From an uncultured Acidobacteriota bacterium (GTDB lineage: Bacteria > Acidobacteriota > Vicinamibacteria > Vicinamibacterales > 2-12-FULL-66-21): 64,000 nucleotides of DNA. Where the stretch lies: positions 1,155,616-1,219,615 of the forward strand of contig CAVRXL010000012.1 in NCBI GenBank assembly GCA_963725145.1, in the 5' to 3' direction. The notes under the pieces were generated by a model. It made no database searches and was not told the origin of the DNA. It was given only the letters and a program-made list of their open reading frames with translations. The position numbers and the translations under genes were made by a program. Position 1 is the stretch's first letter. Each line of letters starts with the position of its first letter. Below, one piece after another: positions 10,435 to 18,786 of this stretch.

Positions 10435-10526
10435 AATCCAGAATCCAGAATCCAGAAGGCGCTCGGCCGACTGGCGCTAGCCATCGCAGCGCGGCTTTCT
10501 TCTGAATTCTGAATTCTGAATTCTAG
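10432..10526. repeat. Inverted heptamer arrays (AGAATCC)3 ... (TTCTGAA)3 between convergent genes
   Basis: tagaatccagaatccagaatccagaa at 10432-10457 and ttctgaattctgaattctgaattctag at 10500-10526. Each array begins at the TAG stop of its flanking gene. Confidence 0.88.
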
Positions 10527-11422
10527 ATTCTGCCTTTGTCCGGCGGCGGTTCTATGTGGATGATCGCGTCCACGATCTGCGGATAGCGCTGCATCAGCCC
10601 GTCCTTGACGACGTGCGACAACCGGTGGGCTTCGTCCAGACGCGTGTCCGGACGCATCCACACGTGAAGGTCCAGGAACACATGATCGGCGGTACCGCGC
10701 GTGCGGATGTGGTGGCAGCCGAGCACGCCGGGTACGGCCATGACGACCGTCCGAAGATCCTCCTCGGGGATCACGATGCGATCCGCCAGGATATGTGTCG
10801 CCTGCCGGCCGATCTGGAACCCCGTATGTCCGATGACCATCGCCACGACCAGGCCGCTCAGCGGGTCCAGGATGGGGAAGCCGAGCCACACGCCGACGAG
10901 CGATGCGAGGACGCCGAGCGACGTCAACACGTCGCTGCGCGTGTGCATCGCGTCCGCGACCAGCAGCTCGCTCGTCAGCCTCGTGGCGGCGCGCCGCTCG
11001 TAGCCGACGACGACCAGATTGACGGCGAGCGTTGCGAGCATGACCGCGAAGCTGGCCGCGCTCACCCGCGGCGCGCTGGCGCCGCCGAGGTGCTGCAGCG
11101 ACGTGCGCACGACCTCGGCGATGACCAGCACGAGCAGGGCGACGATCGCCGCGGCCGTCAGCGTCTCGAACTTGCGATGGCCGTAGGGATGATCGACGTC
11201 CGGCGGTTTGCCGGACGCGCGCAGCCCCACGAGCGCGACGACGTTGGCCGCCGCGTCGGTCAGCGAGTGAAAGCCGTCGGAGATGATGCTGACCGTCGCG
11301 GTGCCGTAGCCGAAGACCAGCTTGGCGATGGCGACCGCGAGGTTGGCGGCGAGAACCCGCGCGAGAACCCGCGTGACCGCGGCGGAGCGGGTCAGAACAA
11401 TCGTGCCTTCGGCAGCGGCCAC
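10523..11422 (-). CDS. Cation diffusion facilitator (FieF-like) transporter; start uncertain
   Basis: SDGFHSLTD, HPYGHRKFE, ADAMHTRSD, IRTRG, DLHV, IHIEP. Confidence 0.92.
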   Translation of the reverse strand: MAAAEGTIVLTRSAAVTRVLARVLAANLAVAIAKLVFGYGTATVSIISDGFHSLTDAAANVVALVGLRASGKPPDVDHPYGHRKFETLTAAAIVALLVLVIAEVVRTSLQHLGGASAPRVSAASFAVMLATLAVNLVVVGYERRAATRLTSELLVADAMHTRSDVLTSLGVLASLVGVWLGFPILDPLSGLVVAMVIGHTGFQIGRQATHILADRIVIPEEDLRTVVMAVPGVLGCHHIRTRGTADHVFLDLHVWMRPDTRLDEAHRLSHVVKDGLMQRYPQIVDAIIHIEPPPDKGRI

Positions 11423-12156
11423 CAGCGGAGCTGAACCTTGCCGATGATGTACTTCTTCGGCACCATCCCCCAGTGGCGGCTGTCGGAGCTGTTGTTCCGG
11501 TGGTCGCCCATGACGAAGTAGTACCCGGGCGGGATCACCTCGGGGCCCCAGTCTTCGTGGCTCCGGAACTCAGCCGGCACGTAATCGTCGTCGAGCGGCA
11601 CCTCGTTGCGATAGACGCGGCCCTCCACGATCCGCACCTGGTCGCCTTCTTCGGCGATGACGCGCTTGACGAAGGACTTGTCCGGGTTCAGCGGGTAGTA
11701 GAGCATGACGATATCGCCGACGTGCGGCGCGCCGAACCGGTACGCGATCTTGTTGACGATGAGCCGATCCTGATCCGCGAGGGTCGGCGCCATGCTCTGC
11801 CCTTCGACCCGCGCGACCTGGAAGCCGAAGGTCACGATGAGCGTCGCGTAGACCGCCGCCGAGATCAGGGTCTTGAACCAGGCGACGAGCTCTTCGCCGA
11901 CGCGCGCGAGCTGCGTCGAGCGCCGATCGAGGCCGATCCGGGCCGACGGCTCTCCCGGGACCGCGGCCGCGGCTTCGATCGCGCCAGGGGTCGCCTCGGC
12001 GGCGATCCCGAGCACCGGTCCTTCCACGAGCGCGGGGGCCGGCTCATCCGCCAGCACGGGTTCCAGCGCCGGAACGGTGTCATCCGACGGCGTTGCGCCG
12101 GAGTCGGTGTCGAGGTCGCGCGGCTGTTCGTTGTCCATCCGTGATCCGTAGCTCAT
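11392..12156 (-). CDS. lepB: Signal peptidase I
   Basis: GQSMAPTL (catalytic Ser), FVKRVI (catalytic Lys), VMGDHRNNSSDSRHWG. Confidence 0.95.
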   Translation of the reverse strand: MSYGSRMDNEQPRDLDTDSGATPSDDTVPALEPVLADEPAPALVEGPVLGIAAEATPGAIEAAAAVPGEPSARIGLDRRSTQLARVGEELVAWFKTLISAAVYATLIVTFGFQVARVEGQSMAPTLADQDRLIVNKIAYRFGAPHVGDIVMLYYPLNPDKSFVKRVIAEEGDQVRIVEGRVYRNEVPLDDDYVPAEFRSHEDWGPEVIPPGYYFVMGDHRNNSSDSRHWGMVPKKYIIGKVQLRWWPLPKARLF

Positions 12157-12944
12157 AACCTCAGATAGTCACGCAGCCGCCGCGTCTGCGACCGGCTGAC
12201 GGGGATTTCGGACCCCTTCGCGTCCTTCATCTTCAGAATATAGTTTCGGCTGAACCACGGCACGATCTCCTTGATTTTCTGGATGTTCACCAGGTGCGAT
12301 CGGTGCACCCGCCAGAACACCGCCGGGTCCAGCTTCGTCTGCAGCTCGTCGAGCGTCCTGTAGTTAGACGTGCCGGAGACGGTTCCCGTTACGACCGTGA
12401 TCGCGTCGTTCTCGACCGACGCGTGAACGATCTCGTCCGCCGCAATCAGCAGGAACCGCTCACCGACCTTCACCGCGAGCTGCTCCTGCAGGTCCTTTCG
12501 ATCGGCGACCAGCTGCAGCAGCCGCTCGAGGTCCTCGTGCCCGATCGACGGCCTGCTGCCCCGATCGCCGGCCGGGGTCACGCGCCGACGGACCTTGTCG
12601 ATCGCCTGCTCGAGCCGCCTCGGCTCGACCGGCTTGAGCAGATAGTCGACGGCGTTCACCTCGAACGCCTCCAGCGCGTACTCATCAAACGCGGTCACGA
12701 ACACGATGTGCGCGTCGACGCTGCCGTCGAGCAGCCGCCGCGCGACCTCGAAGCCGGTCAGGCCCGGCATCTGCACGTCAAGGAGCACCACGTCCGGCTC
12801 GCTGTCCGTGATCACACGGACGGCGTCGACCCCGTTGCCGGCCTGCCCGACAACCTCGACACCTCCGACCCGCCCGAGCTGGAAGCACAGCTCCTCTCGC
12901 GCGAGCTGTTCGTCGTCCACTACGACGGCCCGGAGGTCGTCCAT
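12153..12944 (-). CDS. LytTR-family response regulator
   Basis: VDDE, LLDVQMPG, FVTAFD, DYLLKP; C-terminal FWRVHRSHLVN...IPVSR. Confidence 0.95.
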   Translation of the reverse strand: MDDLRAVVVDDEQLAREELCFQLGRVGGVEVVGQAGNGVDAVRVITDSEPDVVLLDVQMPGLTGFEVARRLLDGSVDAHIVFVTAFDEYALEAFEVNAVDYLLKPVEPRRLEQAIDKVRRRVTPAGDRGSRPSIGHEDLERLLQLVADRKDLQEQLAVKVGERFLLIAADEIVHASVENDAITVVTGTVSGTSNYRTLDELQTKLDPAVFWRVHRSHLVNIQKIKEIVPWFSRNYILKMKDAKGSEIPVSRSQTRRLRDYLRL

Positions 12945-12945
12945 T

Positions 12946-14268
12946 TTAGGCGGTCACGCGCTCCGGCACGACCAGCTCCGGGATCTCGACCCGCGCGCAC
13001 GTGCCCTGACCTGGCACGCTGCTCAGCTGGAGCCTGTAGTTGGCGCCGTAAATCACCTTCAGGCGCTCGTTGACGTTGTTGAGGCCGATGCCCCCGCCGA
13101 ACACGCCTTCGATTCTCGCGGTTTCGATGCCCAGGCCGTTGTCGATGACCTCGATGACCCCGTGGCCGTTGACGCGGGTCGATCGAATGGTGATACGCCC
13201 GCCGCCGACCTTTCGTGACAGTCCGTGCTTGATCGAGTTCTCGACCAGCGGCTGGAGGATCATGCTGGGAACGACCAGATCCAGGCTGTCGGCGCTGACG
13301 TCCTTTTCCACGTACAACGTCGGGCCGAAGCGAGCGGTCTCGATGTCGAGATACTCGTCGATCGCCTCGAGCTCCTCGCGCAGCGTGACGAAGTGGTCCT
13401 GACTCCGCAGGAGCCGCCTCAGCAGGCCCGACAGCTTCACGATGAGCGTGCGCGCCGTCTCCGGCTGCGACCGGATCAGCGACGAGATCGACGCGAGGGT
13501 GTTGAACAGGAAATGCGGGTTGATCTGGCTCGCGAGCGCCTCGATGCGCGCCGCCATGAGCAGCTGTTCCTGCTCGTGCAGGCGGTGCTCGATGCGCGCG
13601 TTGTTCCAGATCTTGATCGGGATCGCGACCGACAGCACCGCCGCCAGCGCCGAAAGAATCCAGAGCCAGGCGTTGCTCGCCGGGAGAAAGAACAGCCGAT
13701 GGGCGCCGAACCGGTACCCGAGCGCCTGCCGCAGCACCTCGAGCGCGATTGGGGCCGCGAGCAGGATCACGTGCCAGTCGATCTGCAGCCGGCGCACGAT
13801 GCTCCACGCGTGGCGGTGGAGGCCGGTGAAGAAGAGCGGCGAGAATCCCCAGATCGCCTGCTTCGGACAGACCTCCCGGAGGCCGCCGCCGGCGAAACCG
13901 GAGCCGATCATCATCGGCACGGCGATGAACTCGCCTGCGAGGAAGGCGGGCGCCGCGACGAGCGCGCCGACCAGCGCCCCGGCGTACGGCCCGGCGATCA
14001 ACCCTGCGAGGAAAGCCCCCTCGAGCGACAGGTCCGCGGCGTCGTAGTTGAGGAGAAGTCGGGCGGTCACCCCGGCGGTCAGGGGCAGACCCAGGCAGGC
14101 GGTGAACACGAGCCGCTCGGGCCAGTCCCGCTTCTCGGTCAGCAGGATCCGCCGGAACCAGGTGAAACGCACGAGCATCGTCGCGACGATCGCGGCGATG
14201 GCGAGCTTCACCATCAACGTCACGAGCAGGAACTGCTCGGCCGACAGGAACTTGGGTTCGTGGAGCAC
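12946..14268 (-). CDS. LytS/YehU-type membrane sensor histidine kinase
   Basis: N-terminal TM bundle; QINPHFLFNTL, LQPLVENSIKHG, DNGLG, GIGLNNVNERL. GTG start at 14268 is a judgement call. Confidence 0.92.
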   Translation of the reverse strand: MLHEPKFLSAEQFLLVTLMVKLAIAAIVATMLVRFTWFRRILLTEKRDWPERLVFTACLGLPLTAGVTARLLLNYDAADLSLEGAFLAGLIAGPYAGALVGALVAAPAFLAGEFIAVPMMIGSGFAGGGLREVCPKQAIWGFSPLFFTGLHRHAWSIVRRLQIDWHVILLAAPIALEVLRQALGYRFGAHRLFFLPASNAWLWILSALAAVLSVAIPIKIWNNARIEHRLHEQEQLLMAARIEALASQINPHFLFNTLASISSLIRSQPETARTLIVKLSGLLRRLLRSQDHFVTLREELEAIDEYLDIETARFGPTLYVEKDVSADSLDLVVPSMILQPLVENSIKHGLSRKVGGGRITIRSTRVNGHGVIEVIDNGLGIETARIEGVFGGGIGLNNVNERLKVIYGANYRLQLSSVPGQGTCARVEIPELVVPERVTA

Positions 14269-14328
14269 GGGACAGTTGCCTCTAAATGATAGCAGAAGTG
14301 GCTCTTGAGGCCGTGTTATGATCCCAGG

Positions 14329-14769
14329 ATGTTCCGGACGGTCTCCGCCCTCGTCAAGGGCTTCGCGCTGACCTTCAAGCACCTCTTCAAGAAGCCGATA
14401 ACGGTCAACTATCCAGACCAGAAGGTGCCGGTCTTCCCGAAATACCGCGGGAAGCAGGTGCTGATGCGGGACGAGAACGGGCTGGAGAAGTGCGTGGCGT
14501 GCGGACTATGCGCCGTCGCCTGCCCGGCGGACGCGATCTACCTCGAGGCGACGGAGAACGACGGAACGGTCCAGGCCGGCCCGCGCTACGCGTCCATCTA
14601 CCAGATTCACAAGACGCGCTGCATTTTCTGCGGGTACTGCGAAGAAGCCTGCCCGGTGTCGGCCATCTTCATGGGCAAGGACTACGAGCTGGCCGTGTAC
14701 AGCAAAGACGATTTCATTTGGGACAAGAAAGACCTCCTCGTCCCCGCCTCAACCTCTTCGGCGCCCTAG
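14329..14769 (+). CDS. nuoI: NADH-quinone oxidoreductase subunit I (2x[4Fe-4S])
   Basis: TVNYP, KYRG, CVACGLCAVACP and CIFCGYCEEACP. Confidence 0.92.
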   Translation: MFRTVSALVKGFALTFKHLFKKPITVNYPDQKVPVFPKYRGKQVLMRDENGLEKCVACGLCAVACPADAIYLEATENDGTVQAGPRYASIYQIHKTRCIFCGYCEEACPVSAIFMGKDYELAVYSKDDFIWDKKDLLVPASTSSAP

Positions 14770-15494
14770 GCGATATTCACGCCGACTTCGATGCCGTCCG
14801 CCGCGTCATGCGGCGCCACGCCGAGATTCCCTTCTGGCTGTGCGTGGGTGATGTTGGAGACGATGCCGGCGTCTACGAAGACCCGCCGGCGCCCCTCTAC
14901 TGGATAAAGGGCAACAACGAAGACTTTGATGTCGTGAGTGATCTGTCGCCATCATCATTCTCGGCGCTCGCGGGGCCCCACCCCCGCTCGCTCTCACTCG
15001 CCGGTCCGGCTGCGCCGGACTTCGCTCCGCCGGCTCGCTCGGGCCGCGGGCGCTGGCCCAACCTCGTGTACATCCCAAACGGCGTTGGTGTGGAGCTCGA
15101 CGGTCTGTATGTAGCGGGCGTTGGCGGGACCTTCGCGCCCACTTGGTACGACAAGAAGCCAGGGGAGTTAATCAAGAAAGGGAAGGACGACAAGCGCCGG
15201 CACTTCGTCCGCGAGGAAGTCGAGGCCGTGAAGACGATGCGAGGGCTGGACGTCTTGCTGACGCACGAAGCGCCGAGGCCGTTTCGCGCGGCCGGCGGGC
15301 ACGACGCCGGCAAGACGCCGATCAACGAGATGATCGCGTCGGCGAAGCCGCGGCTCCACCTGTTCGGTCATCACCACCGGTTCGTGGAGATGACGGTCTC
15401 CGGCGTCCGGTCGGTGTGCCTGGACCTCGTGTCGCGGTCGTATCTCGTGATCGATGGGGAGACGCTCGGGTACGAAAGACGCGAGACAGTGTAG
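14718..15494 (+). CDS. Calcineurin-like metallophosphoesterase with an in-frame repeat insertion; start uncertain
   Basis: GDIH, VGD, KGNNE, LLTHEAP and LFGHHH motifs. A ~35-aa low-complexity segment between GNNE and NLVYIPNG corresponds to the repeat at 14948-15054. Confidence 0.85.
   Translation: MGQERPPRPRLNLFGALGDIHADFDAVRRVMRRHAEIPFWLCVGDVGDDAGVYEDPPAPLYWIKGNNEDFDVVSDLSPSSFSALAGPHPRSLSLAGPAAPDFAPPARSGRGRWPNLVYIPNGVGVELDGLYVAGVGGTFAPTWYDKKPGELIKKGKDDKRRHFVREEVEAVKTMRGLDVLLTHEAPRPFRAAGGHDAGKTPINEMIASAKPRLHLFGHHHRFVEMTVSGVRSVCLDLVSRSYLVIDGETLGYERRETV
14948..15054 (-). repeat. ~100-bp structured dispersed element, copy B (inside a CDS)
   Basis: Reverse complement matches 7062-7165. Hairpin gtccggc-gca-gccggac. 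Confidence 0.9.
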
Positions 15495-15631
15495 GCCCGA
15501 CCTTCCAGGTCGGGCGTGCGAGATCATCCAAACGCCCAGCTTGCGCACACGCCCGACCTGAGGTCGGGCGTGCCGGGATCATCCAAACGCCCAGCTTGCG
15601 GCACGACGCCCGACCTGAAGGTCGGGCCTAC
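15491..15631. repeat. REP/BIME-like element: three GCCCGACCT-n-AGGTCGGGC hairpins bounded by GTAG...CTAC
   Basis: gtag-gcccgacct-tcc-aggtcgggc; gcccgacct-g-aggtcgggc; gcccgacct-ga-aggtcgggc-ctac. The linker gatcatccaaacgcccagcttgcg occurs twice. Confidence 0.9.
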
Positions 15632-18309
15632 TCTGTCTTCAGGGCGCGAATCGGATCCACACTCGCCGCGCGCCGCGCCGGCAGGTAGCCAGCCAGGAGC
15701 GCGGTCACGACCAGCACGGCGCTCGTGGCGACGAGCGTGAACGGATCTCGCGGCGACAGCCCAAACAGGAACGCCGACACGACGCGCGTCGTCGCGAGCG
15801 CGGCGCCGAGCCCGATGACGATGCCGGCCACCGACACCGTGAGCGTTTCGCGAATCACCTGCCATAGCAGGTCGGCTCGGCGCGCGCCGAGCGCGATGCG
15901 GATGCCGATCTCCCGCGCCCTCCGCGCCACGCCGTACGACATCAGGCCGTAGAGCCCGACCGACGCGAGAAGCAGCGCGAGCACCCCGAAACCGCCCGAG
16001 AGCGAGGCCAACACCCGCTCGCGCACGAGCGACGCATCGACCTGTTCCTCGAGCGTGCGCACATAGCTGATCAGAAGATCGGGGCTCGCTCGCCGCGCTG
16101 TGTCGCGCACCACCGCTTCCAACGAGCGCGGCTCTTGCGCGGTGCGAATCGCCGTCGTCAGCAGCGAAGGGGGTTCTTCGGCCTGAGCGATCGGAATGTA
16201 CGCCATCCGAGCCGCAGGCTCGCGGAGGTTCTGATGACGGGCGTCCCGGACGATGCCGACAATCGTGACCGGATCGTTCGGGAAGGCCGTGAAACTGAAC
16301 GTCCGCCCCAATGGGTCCGAATCGCCGAAATAGGCTCGGACCATCGCCTCGTTGACGAGTGCGACCTTCGCGCCGTTCGAGGAATCCAGCGCGGTCAATC
16401 CTCTGCCTCGAAGCACCTCGATCCCTACGGTGGTGAAGTAGTCAGGGGTGATTCGATTCGTGAGGGCGGTACGGACCGCGGCTTCTTCAGCGAGGCCTGG
16501 AATCCGGATGCCTCGCTCCTCGGTGTCGGTTGCGAGCGGGCTCGACGTCGAGATGGAGGCCGCGCGGACCCCGGGCAGCGCCTGCAACCGTTCGAGGAGC
16601 CCCCCGTACAGGGTCATGACCTCGGCATCGCTGCCTCGTGTGTCCACGTAGAAGAGCAGCACGTTCTCTTTCTGAAACCCGCCGTCCAGCGTTCTCAGGT
16701 TCTGGAATGTCCGCACGAGGAGACCGGTGCAAACGACGAGCAGAACGCAGAGCGCCACCTGGGAGACTGCCAGCGCTTTCCCGGCCGACACCGGACTTCG
16801 GCCACCGCCCACGGATCCCGTCGAGTTCTCCTTGAGGGTCGGGCTGACGTCCACTCGGGTCGCCTTGAGTGCTGGGACGAGACCACAAACGATTCCGGTC
16901 AGTAGGGAGATGGCTGTCGTAAATGCGAGGACTCGTGCGTTCGGCTCCGCCTCGAGCACAACCGGCATCTGGCCCGCGCGGAAGAGCGAGACGATCGCCG
17001 TCGTGGCCCACAGCGATACGAGCAGTCCGACCGCGCCGCCGAGGACGGCGAGCAGGACGCTTTCGGTCAGGAACTGTCGCACGAGCCGCGCGCGGCCGGC
17101 GCCGACGCTGATCCGAACGGCGACCTCCTTCACGCGGGTCGATGCCCTGGCGAGCATGAGGTTGGCGACGTTCGCGCAGGCGATGAGGAGAAAGACGCCG
17201 ACCATCGCCATCAGCACGCGCAGGGAGAGGTCGTACTGCCTTCGAAGCGCGTTGGTTCCCCGGCCGGCCGGCATCAGCCGTCCAATGCTGAGACCCTCGG
17301 GCGTGCGCCCGTTCCGTTTGACCCAACTCTGCTCCTCCAGGGACATGTACTGGCGGAACACAGTGTCGACAGCTGCGAGCGCCTGCGACTCCGCAACACC
17401 GGGTCCGAGACGCGCAACGATGTTCAGGCCGGTCCACGTGTCGTGACGACCTGGAAACTCCGGGTCGTCTAAGAATTTGAGCGCCAGCGGCAGCGTGATC
17501 TCGAGGTGCCTGCCGGGTCTGAGACCTTGAAACCCACCGCCGGTGACCCCCACGATCGTGACGCCTTTGCCCTGAACCAACAGTTTCTTTCCGACCACGT
17601 CGGGATCCCGTCCGAACCGGCGCGTCCAATAACCCTCCGTGATGACCGCGACGTAAGCGGCGTCGGTCGGGAGGTCCGGCTCCGACGAGAAGCCGCGTCC
17701 CAGGATGAACGGAACGCCGAGGACGTGATGATAGTTGCCGGCGACGAACTGACCGTTGACGAGCTCCGCTCCCTCCGCCGAGGAGACCTTGAATTCCTGG
17801 ATGTTGTAGGCCGTGATCCCGGTGAAGACATCGAGCTGCCGGCGATAACGATCGAACAACGGATAGGTGGAGCTCAGGCCCGGGTTGTCGCCGGTTCCAT
17901 GGGCGAGGAAGTGCAGCCTGTCCGGATCCTCGACCGGGACCGTCTTCAAGAGCACGGCATCCATCACGCTGAAGATTGCGGTGTTCGCGCCGATGCCCAG
18001 CGCCAGCGACACGATCGCGGCGACGGTGAATCCCGGCGTTCGCACCATCATGCGGACCGCATAGCGGAGGTCCTGCCTCAACTCGTCGAGCAGACGCAGA
18101 CCCCGCGCCTGGCGGCAGTCCTCCCGGATTCCCTCCACGCCGCCGAATTCCAGGCGGGCGCGGCGCCTGGCCTCGGCGCGCGAGACGCCGGATCGCTCGA
18201 GGTCATCGGCGTACGCGTCGATGTGAAAGCGGAGCTCGTCTGCCATGTTGTCTTCGAACCGGCCCCGCCGGAAGAGCGCGTTCAACAGCGAGCGAAGGCG
18301 ATCGATCAC
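15628..18309 (-). CDS. ADOP-type duplicated ABC permease with N-terminal permease-prefix domain
   Basis: ELRFHID...EARRRARLEFGGVEGIREDCR, QDLRYAVR, LALGIGANTAIFS, LLIACANVANL, DPIRALKTE. Confidence 0.93.
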   Translation of the reverse strand: MIDRLRSLLNALFRRGRFEDNMADELRFHIDAYADDLERSGVSRAEARRRARLEFGGVEGIREDCRQARGLRLLDELRQDLRYAVRMMVRTPGFTVAAIVSLALGIGANTAIFSVMDAVLLKTVPVEDPDRLHFLAHGTGDNPGLSSTYPLFDRYRRQLDVFTGITAYNIQEFKVSSAEGAELVNGQFVAGNYHHVLGVPFILGRGFSSEPDLPTDAAYVAVITEGYWTRRFGRDPDVVGKKLLVQGKGVTIVGVTGGGFQGLRPGRHLEITLPLALKFLDDPEFPGRHDTWTGLNIVARLGPGVAESQALAAVDTVFRQYMSLEEQSWVKRNGRTPEGLSIGRLMPAGRGTNALRRQYDLSLRVLMAMVGVFLLIACANVANLMLARASTRVKEVAVRISVGAGRARLVRQFLTESVLLAVLGGAVGLLVSLWATTAIVSLFRAGQMPVVLEAEPNARVLAFTTAISLLTGIVCGLVPALKATRVDVSPTLKENSTGSVGGGRSPVSAGKALAVSQVALCVLLVVCTGLLVRTFQNLRTLDGGFQKENVLLFYVDTRGSDAEVMTLYGGLLERLQALPGVRAASISTSSPLATDTEERGIRIPGLAEEAAVRTALTNRITPDYFTTVGIEVLRGRGLTALDSSNGAKVALVNEAMVRAYFGDSDPLGRTFSFTAFPNDPVTIVGIVRDARHQNLREPAARMAYIPIAQAEEPPSLLTTAIRTAQEPRSLEAVVRDTARRASPDLLISYVRTLEEQVDASLVRERVLASLSGGFGVLALLLASVGLYGLMSYGVARRAREIGIRIALGARRADLLWQVIRETLTVSVAGIVIGLGAALATTRVVSAFLFGLSPRDPFTLVATSAVLVVTALLAGYLPARRAASVDPIRALKTE

Positions 18310-18310
18310 G

Positions 18311-18652
18311 TCACACCTCGTCCGGCGTCGCGTCCAGCGCGGCGGCGATCGCCGCCGCCAGCCGGTTCCACCCGGCTGCCTCCTCCCGCAGGCGCTTTCG
18401 TCCCGTCTGCGTGAGCGTGTAGTACTTCGCCTTTCGCTTGTTCTCGCTCTCGCCCCACTCAGCCAGGACGAGCCCCTGATGCTCGAGCCGGTAGAGCGCC
18501 GGGTACAGGGAGCCCTGCGGAATCTCCAGCGCCTCTTTCGAAATCTGGCGGATCCGCAGCAGCACGCCGTAGCCGTGCAGCGGCTTCAGCGAGACCGCCT
18601 TGAGGATCAGCATGTCGAGGGTTCCCGGGAGCAGGTCGGCGTTCTTTCCCAT
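18311..18652 (-). CDS. PadR-family transcriptional regulator (acidobacterial type)
   Basis: LLPGTLDMLILK, LHGYG, QGSLYPALYRLE, EWGESENKRKAKYY; directly upstream of an ADOP gene. Confidence 0.93.
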   Translation of the reverse strand: MGKNADLLPGTLDMLILKAVSLKPLHGYGVLLRIRQISKEALEIPQGSLYPALYRLEHQGLVLAEWGESENKRKAKYYTLTQTGRKRLREEAAGWNRLAAAIAAALDATPDEV

Positions 18653-18659
18653 GCGGCTC

Positions 18660-18707
18660 TCCTAGGCCAACTAGGAATATAGGGGGGCTCTCCTAGTCTG
18701 TCAAGGA
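18660..18707 (-). promoter_or_regulatory. Sigma70 promoter of padR overlapped by two palindromic candidate operators
   Basis: Minus strand TTGACA (18704-18699), 17-nt spacer, TATATT (18681-18676). TCCTAG-N5-CTAGGA at 18660-18676 and TCCTAG-N5-CAAGGA at 18691-18707. Confidence 0.75.
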
Positions 18708-18725
18708 GAAGGGCGAACGCGGAGG

Positions 18726-18759
18726 CCTGCCGCGCCGAAGCTCGACGAGCGAAGGCGGG
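18726..18759. repeat. CGCC-GAA-[hairpin]-GAA-GGCG intergenic motif, copy 1
   Basis: cgcc gaa gctcg-a-cgagc gaa ggcg; same frame as 59363-59397. Confidence 0.6.
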
Positions 18760-18786
18760 AGCCGATAACAGTACAATAAGGGCTTT

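Noticed and set aside
15491-15631. Possible mini-CRISPR (palindromic repeats with ~30-bp gaps)
   Set aside because: The two 'spacers' are near-identical and the terminal units are inverted, which is REP/BIME architecture.
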